The translations under genes and the position numbers were made by a program. The notes beneath the pieces were generated by a model that did not search any database, had not been told where the DNA came from, and worked only from the letters and a program-made list of their open reading frames with translations. This document shows positions 18,731 through 39,861 of a DNA stretch of 64,000 nucleotides, in pieces. Each line of letters starts with the position of its first letter. Position 1 is the first letter of the stretch. The stretch is from NCBI GenBank assembly GCA_039096225.1, contig JBBPEB010000003.1:62001-126000 (forward strand), given 5' to 3'. This DNA comes from Blastocystis sp. Blastoise. Lineage: Eukaryota > Protista > Bigyra: Opalinata.

Positions 18731-20179
18731 TTTTAACTATAGTAGTTTGAGGACCTATTGATTACCATTATACAATATTAGTCCATTATAAGAAGATCGA
18801 AGAAAAATATCGATCACTCAAAAATCGTCCTCAGGAACTCAAAATTGGTACACCTAGGTTTTTCGACCTCCTGAATCAGAATATCATGTCAAAATAAGAA
18901 TCTAAATTTGACCGTTAAGGCCTCACGTGTTCAATATGAAAAAGTATTAAAAAATAGATAAATATAAAGAATAAACACGGATAACGTATATTGTGGGATT
19001 GAGAAAAAATCAAGTTTACCCCATGTTTATTTTCCAATTGTCTGGTCAACAATTTTTATCGGGGTCACCCCAAAGAGCCAATCAAAAACGACTCAAAAAT
19101 CATGTTTTCTGTTCTTTTATTAATATCTTTTTAATTATTAATTATATCGCTTAACCAAATATATGGTGCACAACTACATGTTATATCCTATTGAACTGTG
19201 TTTCACTCAAAAGTTAACTCCCCGTAAGTTTAGAGGAGTTGCGGCGACAAACTATAGTATATAGTAGCCAATCAAATGCATTTTCCAAAAACTGACCAAT
19301 GGGAATTTTTTTGCCTATTCTCATATATATAGTAATGAAATTTCATTAAAATTTGATTTAAATCCAGGAGATAGATGAAAACGTCTGTTTTTCTTTTTTT
19401 TAATACTAAAAAGTCTTTGTTAAACAAAAGTCTATTAATAGAGTTTAAAATGAGTTGTATACGTTTATTTATTCTTATTAATAACGTGTAGAGACTACTG
19501 AAATAACAATTTTAATATTTTCAAGGAATGAAGTCATAATTGCCCTCATGTATAGGTTCTATTGATATAATAATATGACATAATTGATAAGAACAGAGTA
19601 AATTATAAAATAAGAGAATTTATATGTCTTTATGTTTGTCTAATTAGTACATTCTTTAAAAAATAATTATTTTTATTTTTCTATGATTATTATAATAGAA
19701 ACATGTTTCTATGAATAATTTAAACAAAATAATAAATACAATTTAAATTGTTATACGAGAAATATATCAAAAATAATAGATAATAATAAAACACTGTATC
19801 TTTATAAGAAAAGTAAATAATAACATAAAATTATCATGCAGTTTAATATAAATCAGTTTTGAATCATAAATATATGATTTAAATGAATAATAATATTATA
19901 ACAATAGGAGAATAAATATTTATTCATCGAATACATAATATATATGTGGTAATAGAAGGAGGAAGAAGAGTAGTTATTATATAGTGTATTATTTCTCTAT
20001 ATGCTTTACTTTTTATATATTAAAAGAAATAGAAAGAGTAGAATAGAATGAAGATAATAAATGATATACATAATAGTATATTGAAGATTCTTTTGAAATA
20101 GATAATATAATATTAAAAATAAATTCAATTCAATAAGCTTATATAATTGTATATATATATATGTATATATATATATACC

Positions 20180-20604
20180 CATAAAGTAGTTCTTCTCCCA
20201 TCGATAATCGTTGTTTCAATACAAATGTAAGTGTAGAATATTTAATATAATGTTTATATCTATCTTGTAATCGTTCTAAACCATAGACAATACAATATTT
20301 CTTTTCTTCTTTAGATAATATACTATATCCTTATGATACTATATATTTATTTCTATAAAGCCATTAATAAGATATGCTTTTGCATAAAAACAATTCCAAT
20401 ATAATTTATTATCAAAACTCGCAATTCGAACACAGCATTCCGTTAACTTTTGCCAAAAACGATTCCATTTTAAATAATAAAGGCCAAATATATGATTTAC
20501 TAAACACATAGGATAACATTCAGGTAAGGATTTCGTTAATAACATTTGAACCGCTTTCTCTATATATGCATTTCTTATACGTTCTTCTGTTAAAGATACC
20601 TATA

Positions 20605-20644
<40 letters not shown>

Positions 20645-23319
20645 TATTTGTAAAATAGAGTATATATATATTATATATTATATTCATTATACTATAATAT
20701 ATATATACAGGAACATTTTCAAGGTTAGTAATTACATTAAATAGATCTACAGGACTGACAAACGGATAAGATGAATTATCTTCTATATCAGGTACTAAGT
20801 AAATAAGTTGTGCCGTTTCATCATCTGGACTTTTCTTTAGTTTCTCCATAAATTCATTTTTCGCCTTAATAGTCATGGTATATATAAGTTCATGGTCATC
20901 CGTTTTATATTGGAAATGATGATGTACTGATCGAATGACGCTCTGTATGTCGATACGAAGAATGTTCGAAGAGAGTAACGTTTTGTACTATAGAGAAATA
21001 TTATAATATATGCATTAATATTATGTTTTTTAATGATATATAGAGAGTAATAGAAAAAAAACAACAATAATATACTATTATTATTATTTATATACATAAT
21101 TTGTCTTTACTCGCTAATCCAATTCTATCTAAGAATACTTGTAAAGTCTTTGTATATAGGGCGGGGATGAAGGGAGAGCGAGTAACGAAGTGGAACAACA
21201 GGAGAATCTGTGAAGGGGAGGAAAATAAAGAAAAAAAAAATATATATATATATATATATAAATGGAAGAATAAGAGAGAATGATATCATAATCCAAACTA
21301 ATTTATATATACATATATATATACCATAAACAGTGTCTTCTACAAGATATAAAGAGGGATAAATAGAGTGATCATCGAAGAATGTTGTAAGACAAAGAGA
21401 AATGTCCCGCGGGGAATTGAGAGATAGGAAAGTAGTGATAGCCACAGAGAGTAGTTCATTAAGGGATTCCGTGGGAGGAAGAAGGAGGGAAGATAATGGA
21501 ATATCTACATACTATATATATATATATATAGTTATAAATAAAGAATATATATATAGTTATAAATAGAATAATAATAGAGAAAATTATATATATATACTTG
21601 ATATCTAAGGAATTCAGGGCTATCATATAAATCATGTATATTATCTTTATTAAATTGTTCTTGTAATAGATATACATTCTTATATTTGGTTCCCGCGTCG
21701 ATAGTTGCCGCCAAGGAAGTCACGAGAGGTTCATTGTTATTAATCATAATGAATGTAGCTTCAGGATAATGAGAAGAGAGAGAAAGAGGAAGAGAAGTAT
21801 TGACGGATGTCCAGTGTAAGAAGGAGAAATGAGCTAGAAAAGAAAGGAATATATAACTAGAATATATATAGGAATATATAGCTAGAATAAATATAGGAAT
21901 ATAGAGCTAGAATAAATATAGGAATATAGAGCTAGAAATATATATAATAATAAGCATAATAATATTAAGAATAGCAATAATAAGTATAATTATAATAGAG
22001 TATAAAAAAGAAAATAAGAGAATGTCACAGTATGCGTCACATACGACGATCTACTTCAATATTTTGCTTTAAAATTCGAAGAACAGTTTTGTCAGATGTA
22101 GGACGTGCTTTGAACGATAAATAATTAAGAATGGCACTATATATAAAAGTATATATAGGTATATGTAGTGAGAAAAAAATAGATATATATGGTTATATAA
22201 AAAAAATACATATATATATACTTCATAGTAGCTTCTCCATTGATTCTATCCACAAATAGATTACGACTATGAACATTCTTAACCCCGCGGGAAATCATCA
22301 AATCAAAGGGTAATTGTAAATAGCTATATAGTTATATATATAGTTATATATATAATTATATATAGTTATATATATACAGATTAATAAGAGTATGTATATA
22401 TGTAGAATTGAGACCCAATCGGAGTAGAGAATAAAGAGCAATACCATCACTCACCTATATATATAGTTATATATAGTTATAAATATAGTTATATATAGTT
22501 ATATATAGTTATATACTATTCTTAATAATATCGTTAAAGAGTTGAGTGTAATCTTTGGTATTCTTATACCTATAATATAATAGTATATAATAATAAATAA
22601 TAATAAGATATAATAAATAATAGTAAAATATAACATATAATATACTAATCAAGATTGTCTAGAAGAAGTCGGCCTTGACTTTCTTTGCTCATCAGATCCT
22701 CGCGGGGATCTGTGTATAATTTATGCATAGTATCAATAAGTGTATAGATAGGGGGTAATTGTATATATGTATATAAAGGCAGAGAAAAGAAGCATATAAG
22801 TCTTCAGATAGAGTCCATCTGAATTTAGATTGTTCAATTATACTTAATATCAGTCCATTCTTAGTATTTGAATATGTATATAAGAATTAATCTTTATTCC
22901 ATTTTAAATATAGTTTATTTAATGTATTTCTAATTATATAAGAACTACATATATATACATTATGTATATCGGACATATTCTGTAGAGTTGATTGAGCATA
23001 TATATTGTTGAAAAGTGGCTTAATATTGATGAATTGAATCAAAGGAAGACTTCCCGCCAATTTCACAGTCAATAAACCAGTATTTCTATATACATATATA
23101 TTTATATATAGATCATATATAATAAGAAGATTAGCAGAAAATACACAGAATATATATTATTCATGTAGTAAATATACTATTATATATACTATTATATATA
23201 TATACTGTCCACAGATAGATACTGTTAATATTCATTTGGCGGGATACGAGGTAATAAATAAGAAAATAAATTTGATACATGACTATATTTCTGTGAATAC
23301 ATAACAATTAATAAATCAG

Positions 23320-23352
<33 letters not shown>

Positions 23353-24620
23353 TTCATATACAGTTAATTGTATAGGAATTATAACGTGCCTTAACGTTCT
23401 TTGAGGGATGGAGGAGTGCGTCAGTGAGGGAGTTACAAGAAGTAACTATAAGAATGTATATATATATATATATAATGATTATTATGAAGATATATATATA
23501 CAGGCAGATCTTTCAATAGGTTGAAGACGACTATATATATGTATAATTATTATTATTATTATTATTATATAAAATTATATAAAATAATATATATGCATCA
23601 AGTTGTTGAAAGCTCTTTAGAATACGAAGTGCATGAAGACGATGTGTATGTAAAGGGGAGGCGAGAAGTGGTGCGAGGGTAGGGATAAGGGCCTGAAGGC
23701 GAGAGGATGAAAGGTAGGGACTATCAGAAGATAATGATGTATATATATATCTATATATATATATATATAATAGTATTAATATATAGATAATATGGATAAA
23801 GTATAATAATCTAATATATATATATACCTGCAAAAGTAGCTAAAATGATAGGATTATATTTATATATAGGTATCAATTCAGATAATATTGAAATTAACTA
23901 TATAATAATAAATAATAATAATATATATATATATATATACTTATTCTTGTTGTTGTAAGGAATCCATAATAGTATCTCTTTCAAAAACATTTATATATAT
24001 ATAATGAATAATTTTTGACCAATAAACGTCATTCTCCATACATAAACCTATATATATATATATATATAATAAGTATATATAATAATAATAAATATAATAA
24101 TAAGTATATATATACACTCTTGTTTATCTTTTAATTGATTTCATAACTGAATGTCTTCTTTAATATATTGTTCACTTATAGTTTGAAAATATATAAATAT
24201 AATATATGATAACAGCTGGATAGTAATTATAAGAATGAACTATATATATATATTATTTTCATAATCAAAATATAATCGTAACTATAATAAATATAATAAT
24301 AATAAATATAATAATAGATAAAATTGTAATATTATTTATATATACTTTGTATTTCAAAATAGTTTGAATAGCATTCCAATATATCACTTTCATAACTGTA
24401 GTATACTAATGATACTAACTACTTTCTATATAGGTACATAAAAAATACTTAAAGATCTTGCATAATAATCTACTATATCCATAGTAAATACTAATGATTC
24501 TTCTCGATATATTTCTAATAATTATTTTATACTTAAAAAGAAAGAACGATATATCTAAGGAGAAGGGATGTAGTAGAGGGAAACAAGTGAAAGATATGTA
24601 GATATATCCATTTTATTATT
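20180..24620 (-). pseudogene. UTP20: Captured, disrupted UTP20-like (SSU processome HEAT protein) fragments inside the inner element
   Basis: NLENVP|VSLTEERIRNAYIEK...NHIFGLYYLKWNRFWQKL...LYWNCFY and LLASPLHTHRLHALRILKSF resemble conserved UTP20 segments (from memory). Introns are retained. Frameshifts/stops occur near 20200-20340, 22760-22890 and 24450-24620. The region is far shorter than a full UTP20. Confidence 0.6.
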
Positions 24621-24705
24621 TCTATATAAATATATATAAATAATAAATGATAATAAGTTTAATAATAATATAACTAATATAATATAAATAATAAATATAT
24701 ATACT

Positions 24706-25310
24706 TATCTAGATTTTTGTATTTAAAATGACCTACAAACATAAATCTAAATTTTAAAATGTTCCACATTCAATTACGGTATATGTATCGTATATCTATA
24801 TATATATATATATAATTTATTATCATAAAAATATTAGTAAATATTATTTAAAAAGAGACAGATCAGAATATAACAAATTAGTTTAATAAATAAATATAAA
24901 AATAAATTAATAAAATAATAATAATAAAAAAAATAATTATAATATAATTAATAAAAATACTCACATAAACTGACATAGAACACACAGCAAACACTTCGGG
25001 AAGCCATCAATCATTCTATACTATAAAATAAAGATATATTAAATAAATAATGCTAATTAAAAAATATAATTATATACAGAAAGTGTTTTTGATCCAGTTG
25101 AGCCACCTAGGAAAATACAGAACCAAATTTTACGATGGAAAGAGTTGTCCTATCTTTAAAAGACCTGATACCTAAAATAAGAAATGAATTAAGTAAAATA
25201 AAATATTAAAAATACAATAAATTTGAAAAAAGGACACTGTAACTAAATAAGAAATAATGTAATTAAATCAAATATATAATCATACGTCAAGTTGAGCAAA
25301 AAAAGTAATC
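24706..25310 (-). other. Non-coding spliced leader exons running inward from the inner element's right end into the UTP20 cargo
   Basis: A series of small exons with GTATGA/GTATTT/GTATAT/GTGAGT donors and TTAG/ATAG acceptors. The 24706-24795 exon has stops in all three frames. Confidence 0.4.
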
Positions 25311-26420
25311 AAAAGACCAACTTTCAAATTTTTCTTTTTTTTTGAAATGAAAAAAATTACCGTGTATTACAAAATTTGACTGTCTGAATTTTTGTTTTTG
25401 ACTTTTTTTATAAACATCATAAAACAAGTTTTTTCATTTATATTATGAGTCTACATGCTCTATTGAACACCGTTTAGCAATTTTTTATTGAAAATAAGTC
25501 AACATTTCCAAACCACTAATGTTAAGAAAACAAACATAAAAAGCAGCTCTGTTTGTCAAATAAAGACCCTATTGACTAAATATAAACTTAAAAACCTCAT
25601 ATTAACTCTATATGAGAAGAATAAAGAAAAATAGAAAAATAATATCGACTTAGAATTATTTTTTTTTGTTTTTCAGAAAAATTCCTTCTCTAAACCACTT
25701 TTTTAGAAGGTCAAATTTTTAAAGAAAAATTATTGGACTATTTTAAAAATTAACCAACCAAAACTCTTAAATAGGCCACCCTGCCTCATAGTGGGTTCCG
25801 TTGCTGTCGTTGTTGTTAATTGGAGAGAATGGCTTATCAAAGGTATGTATATATATTAATTATATTCCTTTTTATTACTTATACTATTTAATATATCTTT
25901 TATAGGATGGTTCCTTGTCTTCGCTTCCTTTCTTTTCTTGTAATTGTCGTGATAAAAGGTATATATTTTTATTTTATTATTATTTTAAAATGTTATATAT
26001 ATTACTAATAGTACTAGTTAATTAATATCATCTCTTTATATAGGTTGGCTTGGTTTGGGTTTCCAATTAAAGACTGAAACTGTCCTGCTGCTTAAATATT
26101 ATTAAATATTATATATACTAAATTATATTGTTAATTATATGTTTTATTATCTTTTTTTAAATATTTATTATATTGTTTTTTATATATTTATTATTCTTGT
26201 TTTTATTATATGTTTTTAATTATAATTTGATGTTATTTAATTTGCTTGTTTTGTTGTATCGTTGATTATTACACCACAAAAATAATATAAAGACCAATAA
26301 ATATAGAATAAAGGATGAAAATAAGCATTTCTATTGGCCAATTATCTATTTTAAGGTGTGTCATACTTATTCACTGCTCTGTTGATAAAAAAACCCACTG
26401 AAACTCTGACCAAAAATGAC

Positions 26421-26663
26421 ACTGCTCCACCACTGGGGAAACCAAACTGAACTTTTCAATCATCTTTTTACTAAAGTCTACCCAAAAAAATTTACTGCTC
26501 CACCACTGGGGAAACCAAACAGAAATTTACAATTATCTTTTTACTAAACCTTGCTTAAAAATTCCAACTGCTCCACCACTGGGGAAACCACACTGAAATT
26601 TACAAACACCTTTTTACTAAAGTCAACCCAAAAAACTTCACTGCTCCACCACTGGGGAAACCA
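26421..26663 (+). repeat. Four subterminal repeats with an invariant 24-nt core ACTGCTCCACCACTGGGGAAACCA at exact 73-bp spacing
   Basis: Cores at 26421, 26494, 26567 and 26640. The intervening 49-mers are related but diverged. The array ends about 50 bp inside the outer right end. Confidence 0.95.
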
Positions 26664-27135
26664 GTTTGTTATAACCAAAAACCTTTTCACAGACCCCAAA
26701 AAATGCTTATAGTGTAAATAGTATATTATAATGTATTTCTTTAGTTATTATAGTTTTAAAAGAATGATAATAAATTTTTTAAGTTTATTATTATATATGA
26801 CTAAAACAAAACGACGAATGATAAAGAAAGCAATCTTTGTGATATATATATATATATATAATTGATTGTGTTAAGCTTCAAATATGTTCATATAAAGAAA
26901 TAAATATAGATTGTAAATATATATAAGAAAAATATATATATTTATAATATATAAAGAAATGAAATTAAATTTATATAATATAACAAAAAGAAATGGTGAG
27001 CAATATATATAAAGAATAAAACAAATATATATATAAAGAATAAAAAGTAGAAAAAAATATATGTATCGAAAGAATAAAATATAGAAATCATAATAAAGAT
27101 GTAAAAATCATAATAATAAACAATATATATATTGT

Positions 27136-28391
27136 TTATCCTAATAGACAGAAAGAGAACATAATAAATACATATCCAACAATCATCGAGAAAACCATCC
27201 AATTAGTATCAACATCTAGTTTGAATCCCGTTGGAATTAGTTCGGAAGTCGTTATATACACCATAATTCCCGCGACTATACCAAATATACATCCTAAAAC
27301 AACGTTATTGAGATAGTTTTGAAGAAATAGTGCACAGAGAAGAGCGCCTATAGGTTCTGCGAGTCCTGATAATAAAGACCATAAGAATGCTTTTCCTTTG
27401 GATCCTGTTGCATAATAAACAGGAAGAGCAATAGAAAGACCTTCGGGGATATTATGAGCACCTATACCTATAGCTAAACCTATACCTACAGTAGGATTAT
27501 CTATATATCCAACATAACTTATCATTCCTTCAGGTAAGTTATGAATAGCTATTGCTAAACATGTTAATAATCCCATATTATTCAAATTTTCTTTTAATTC
27601 TTGATCCATATAATAAGTAGCATGAGCTAAATCCGAAGTATTCCCCGTAAATCGAGTAATTTCATAACTTTCTTCAGGTACAGATACATCAATTAATGTA
27701 TCTTTCTTAATCACTTCTTTATTCTCATTATCTTCTAATACAGGATTCATTAAAATAGTACCTGTTTCTGGTGTTTTTAACCCACTCTCACTTACACGAA
27801 CAGATATATGCTTTTTTATCTTTGCTATTTATAGAATTAATTATAAAAGCTAATGGATAATAAATAAAATAAATATAATAAATAGAATAAATATAATAAA
27901 ATGAAAAATATAATAAATATAATAAAATGAAAATTTACATTAAATATACAAAAAATTAAATACATACGATTATGATGAATATCTTTAGCCATTTTTTCGG
28001 TATTATTCTCTGATATTTCAAAATCAACTTTTGTTCCTTTATGTAAGAGTTTTTCAAGAATAAAAGTTATAAGCATTCCAGACATGAAGGCACCTATTGC
28101 ACATAATATTCCTAATTGTTTACTTTCTGTAGCCTTGATAAAATACTGCTGACATTCATTATATAATTCTGAAAACGATATAAACAACATAACACCTGAA
28201 GCAAAACCTAGGGATGCTGCTAAGAAATTATGATTCGCAAGCTTCACCAATGATTTGAAATAAACTATTGCACCACCCACTGCAGTTGCAAGACCAGCAA
28301 CAAGAGAAAGACCTATGCCAATCCACGTCTATAATATATTATAAATCTAAAAATCTTATAGTTCATTACGTACATCACTATTCCACACCAT
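27136..28391 (-). CDS. zupT: ZIP-family zinc/metal transporter, ZupT/GufA type
   Basis: MVWNSD|TWIGIGLSLVAGLATAVGG, LGFASGVMLFISF, AIAIHNLPEG, GIGAHNIPEG, SGLAEPIGA and GIMVYITTSELIP. Three exons. Confidence 0.95.
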
Positions 28392-29096
28392 TGAATATTA
28401 TTTATTATTGTATTTTATAGGTTATTTAAATATTTAATAAAAGAATTATTTTTGTCTTAAAATAAATTCAGTTCATTTTCCTCTTGATAATTAGGAATCA
28501 GTTGGTTCCATTTGTTTTTATTGTATATGATTGATTTAGGATTTTGTTAGGAATAAAAGTGATAAACTCAATAAAGAAAAACTCTTTAAGATAAAGGAGA
28601 ATGTACTGAAGATAATATGAAGCAAAAGAAACAACTTTTTAGATTTTACAAAAAAAAAATTCAAAAAGAGTTGATATCGTGAATCAAAGAAGAAAATGAA
28701 AATGTATAGAAGAAGAAGGAAAAAAGTTCGTTTAATGAATAAACAGGTTTTTGCAAAAAGAAAATAAACAATTATAAAAAGAAAAAAGAATAATAAAGAA
28801 ACTACAAGAAAAAAAAGTATTTGAAGAATTAAGAAAAAAAATGTATTGGTAATACATAAAAAAAAAGAGCAAATATATAAATAATAAATATATTTGTGAG
28901 TAAAGAATTGAAAAAAAAATACACAAAAATATAAACAAATAGCTATACTACGAATAATAATGTTTAGAAAGAAATAATGTCAACAGGGAAAAAGAGACAG
29001 GTACTTATAATACAAAAAGAGTGGATATATATATATAATATAATATATATAATATACATATATGAAAAAATAAAATATACAAAAAAAAAAACAAAT

Positions 29097-36335
<7,239 letters not shown>

Positions 36336-36674
36336 GATTAAGAAACTTTGGTTGAATAAGACTACTATAACACATATTTCAAATAATACTGATTTTGTTT
36401 TAGAATTTTTATCAGACAATTTCATAGTGAGTCCTTCTGCTAAATACCCAGAAATACGGTATTTCTATAGTGACTCTCTATGACTGAAAAAGGTTGAATT
36501 CATTTTCTTTTACAAAAAAAAAAAATCTGTTTTATAGTCTTTTCAATTAATTGTTCTTCATTATTCATTATAATTGAATTTAATTAATAAATTTATTGTT
36601 AATTCTTGTTGTTTTTACGAATACTTATTGCAAAACAATAGTTTCAATATATAATCTTACAAATTTCTCCGATC

Positions 36675-37011
36675 ATGCAGAATTTAAGTAAAAAGTCATA
36701 TTGTTTTGTTTATATTTATTCATAATTTCAAGGTGTTGATAGTAGCCAAACAAGATACGTTCAAAATCGAGCCAAGTTTGTTGAAAGTTTATCTGATTTA
36801 GAACGCGAAGACGACATTAACGAAAGGCAGAATGATTCTGTAGATGTATATATATATATATTTAAAGCATTTTAAAAGAATTTTTATTTTGATAAAGGAA
36901 TCCTATGATTTGAATATTCAAGAGAATGACCACAATGAAACATTATTTCCGTCTACAGGTATGAAATATATTTATGAATAGTTTTTATTCACTTAAAATT
37001 TGTATAATCTG

Positions 37012-37046
<35 letters not shown>

Positions 37047-38682
37047 TCCGACTTTTGTGGATACTGTATATAAAATAATATTTTCATTTTTTTTAGTTAC
37101 TATATAAATATATAGAATCGTGTTTTGTCATTTAATTATCAAAATGATTCTCGATTTTTTGATAAATTAAATGAACTACGAGAAAAAACAGAAACTGCAA
37201 AACAAAATAGTATATAAAAAATATAAATATTTTTTTTTATTTATTTTATATTTTATATTTTATTTATTTTATTTATTTTATTTATTTTATTTATTTTATT
37301 TATTTTATATATTTTATATATTTTATATATTATATTTTTTTTATATATTTTTATATATTTTCTATATATATAATTTATGCTTATATAAATAGTATATCGT
37401 TATGATGTTAATAATCCTGATGATCTTCAAGTATTATCAACTATGACCTATGGAGAATTAGAGCATTATTTACATTCATTAAAGGATTCTATACAATATA
37501 CAAATACTGTATATATTTATTATTATTTATTATTTATATTGTATATATTATATATGATATTTCCTATACTGAATAATAATGAATATTTTCTATATATATT
37601 CATGAATACTATTCTATATAGTTAATACAATGTATGAATGATGAAAAGAATGCGAAATCCAAGATAATTGATTCATTAAAAAAGGATAATAGCGAATTAC
37701 TTCAAAACTTGCAGTTAATTCAGACACAATTAGACCGATTTCAGAATTTAAAAGATATGGACGAACAACTTGAAGATTATATTCATCGTTATACTGTATA
37801 TATAATATATATTATGATTATTGTGTTTTATTTTTTTTTTGTTATTAATTTGAAATTATTATGTTTATTTTTTTTATTAATTTGAAATGATTAAGTTTAT
37901 ATCTTTTTTTTATTTTATGATTATTATGTTTATTTTTTTTTTTATGATTATTTCATATCATATCTTATTATCTATATATATAGTTAGCTATGAAAAATAT
38001 AAATTCTTTGATTCCTGATATTAAACAGCAAGTGAGGGATCGTTACCAAATCCTCGAACGTTACGATCAACGAGTGAATGACGTCACTGCTAAAATATCC
38101 GAATATGATTGGCTTATTTCTGAATATAATAATCGTATTTTAGATTATACGGAACGTATTGATTCCTTATATAATTTTATTAATACATTAAAATATATAC
38201 CTTCGGTTCATAAATATTTATCTCATACTCCAAATTTAGAAGAAGATAATGAATATATTCCACAAGGAATCCAATCTCAAAATATTCCTCCTTCTTATAA
38301 TGCTTCGAATACATATTATACTACTGGTCCTTCTTATAATCATATGAATAATCCAGATATAATAACATCACCTCAAGATACTCATGAAGATTATACATCC
38401 TTTACATCGACTATAAATGCCAATAACTACTCGAAACCCACGGGAAATGAACTATTTACATCGATTCCGAATCAACGTCCTTCAGATACGACAGCGAATC
38501 CTTATATAACTGTGGAAAACACAAGTAATATGATGAATCCAAGTGTCCCTACGAGCAGAAATATGATGAACATGAAGAATAGTAATAGTAGTTATAACAA
38601 TAGTAGTAATGTAGCTAATAATAATAATAATAATAATAATATTAATATTAATAATATTAATAATAATAATAATAATAATATT

Positions 38683-38716
<34 letters not shown>

Positions 38717-38718
38717 GC

Positions 38719-38752
<34 letters not shown>

Positions 38753-38802
38753 GCTATAATAATAATAATAATAATAGCTATAATAATAATAATAATAATA
38801 GC

Positions 38803-38833
<31 letters not shown>

Positions 38834-39414
38834 GTTTTAATAGTAATATTATTCTAAATAATATTAATAATAATAATAATAAATATAATACGATCAATAA
38901 TAATCCTAATACGATCAATAATAATCCTAATACGATCAATAATAATCCTATCCATTCTCTTTCTATTAATACATCAAATCGATTTTTAAATAATTATTCT
39001 TCATTTCCTTCATCAAAACCCTATCAATCTTCGTATCCAGGTCACTCCTATACAAACACTCAAATATCTTCTCAGGACCCTCAATGTGGATGCTTTTCTC
39101 CTTCTCATGCTTCCTCCTCTACTCTTGTCAATAACTTAGTCAATCAATCGAATACTAATAATACTATAAACACCAATAAAGGAAATATACCATCCTCTTA
39201 TACTACTTCTAAAAACATTTTAAATAGCAATCAATCTTATTCAGTTTATAATCAACCATTCACTACTCCAAGAAATACTCTAATGACACCTTCAAATTCT
39301 TTTTATCAAACGCCTATAAACAATAATCCCGCACCTATCTCCAAAATACCATCCCGTCGAAGTCTTTATCGTTCTACGTCAATTACTATTAAATCACCAC
39401 AAATCAATTCTTAA
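36675..39414 (+). CDS. Hypothetical coiled-coil protein with an Asn-rich low-complexity C-terminus
   Basis: ATG 36675 and about 8 exons with canonical splice sites. Heptad-like segments at 37634-38200, then poly-N/SYNNNN. TAA ends at 39414. Confidence 0.7.
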
Positions 39415-39861
39415 TATATATATATAATAATAATATACAGATTGTAATATCCATTTTAAAACTATTTTTATTAATAAATATATTTAAACTGTTTTTCTAC
39501 ATTATATTATATTCATTTTTGTTTTAGTCTCCTATAAATAGTTCAAGTATATTTCTATCTTTTTGACTTGCTTTTTTTATTTTTTTATATAAGATAAAAA
39601 TATGTATATTTTTTTATTTTCTTTACTTATGACTTTATCATGAATGATTGAATTTATTATTATTATTATTATTATTATTCGTTTTTTTTCTTGAATTGTT
39701 TTGTAAAAAAATAATAATTAAATATACATTTTCAAATACTTAACAACAATTATGTATACTCTTGTTATATACTTTAAAAAATAAACAAATAATTATAAAA
39801 ATAAAAAAAAAATAATAATAGTTGCTATTCTTAATGCGAATGAAAGTAATATATATATATA

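Larger units (their letters stand above)
15824..25793. mobile_element. Inner non-autonomous (Pack-type) CACTA element, 9970 bp
   Basis: Perfect 14-bp TIR CACTATGAGGCAGG (15824-15837) / CCTGCCTCATAGTG (25780-25793). 3-bp TSD GGT at 15821-15823 and 25794-25796. CACTA...TAGTG ends with a 3-bp TSD are the superfamily signature. Confidence 0.9.
15526..26077 (+). other. Spliced transcript of the outer element interrupted by the inner element (exons 15526-15657, 15812-15823+25797-25842, 25906-25958, 26044-)
   Basis: GC-richer exons bounded by TATAG and GTAT sites. Removing 15824-25796 rejoins one 58-nt exon and opens a 56-aa ORF from ATG 15632 to TGA 26075-26077. Confidence 0.55.

Noticed and set aside
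26421-26663. CRISPR-like repeat-spacer array
   Set aside because: The spacers are homologous to each other, there are no cas genes, and the context is eukaryotic. It is a subterminal tandem repeat.
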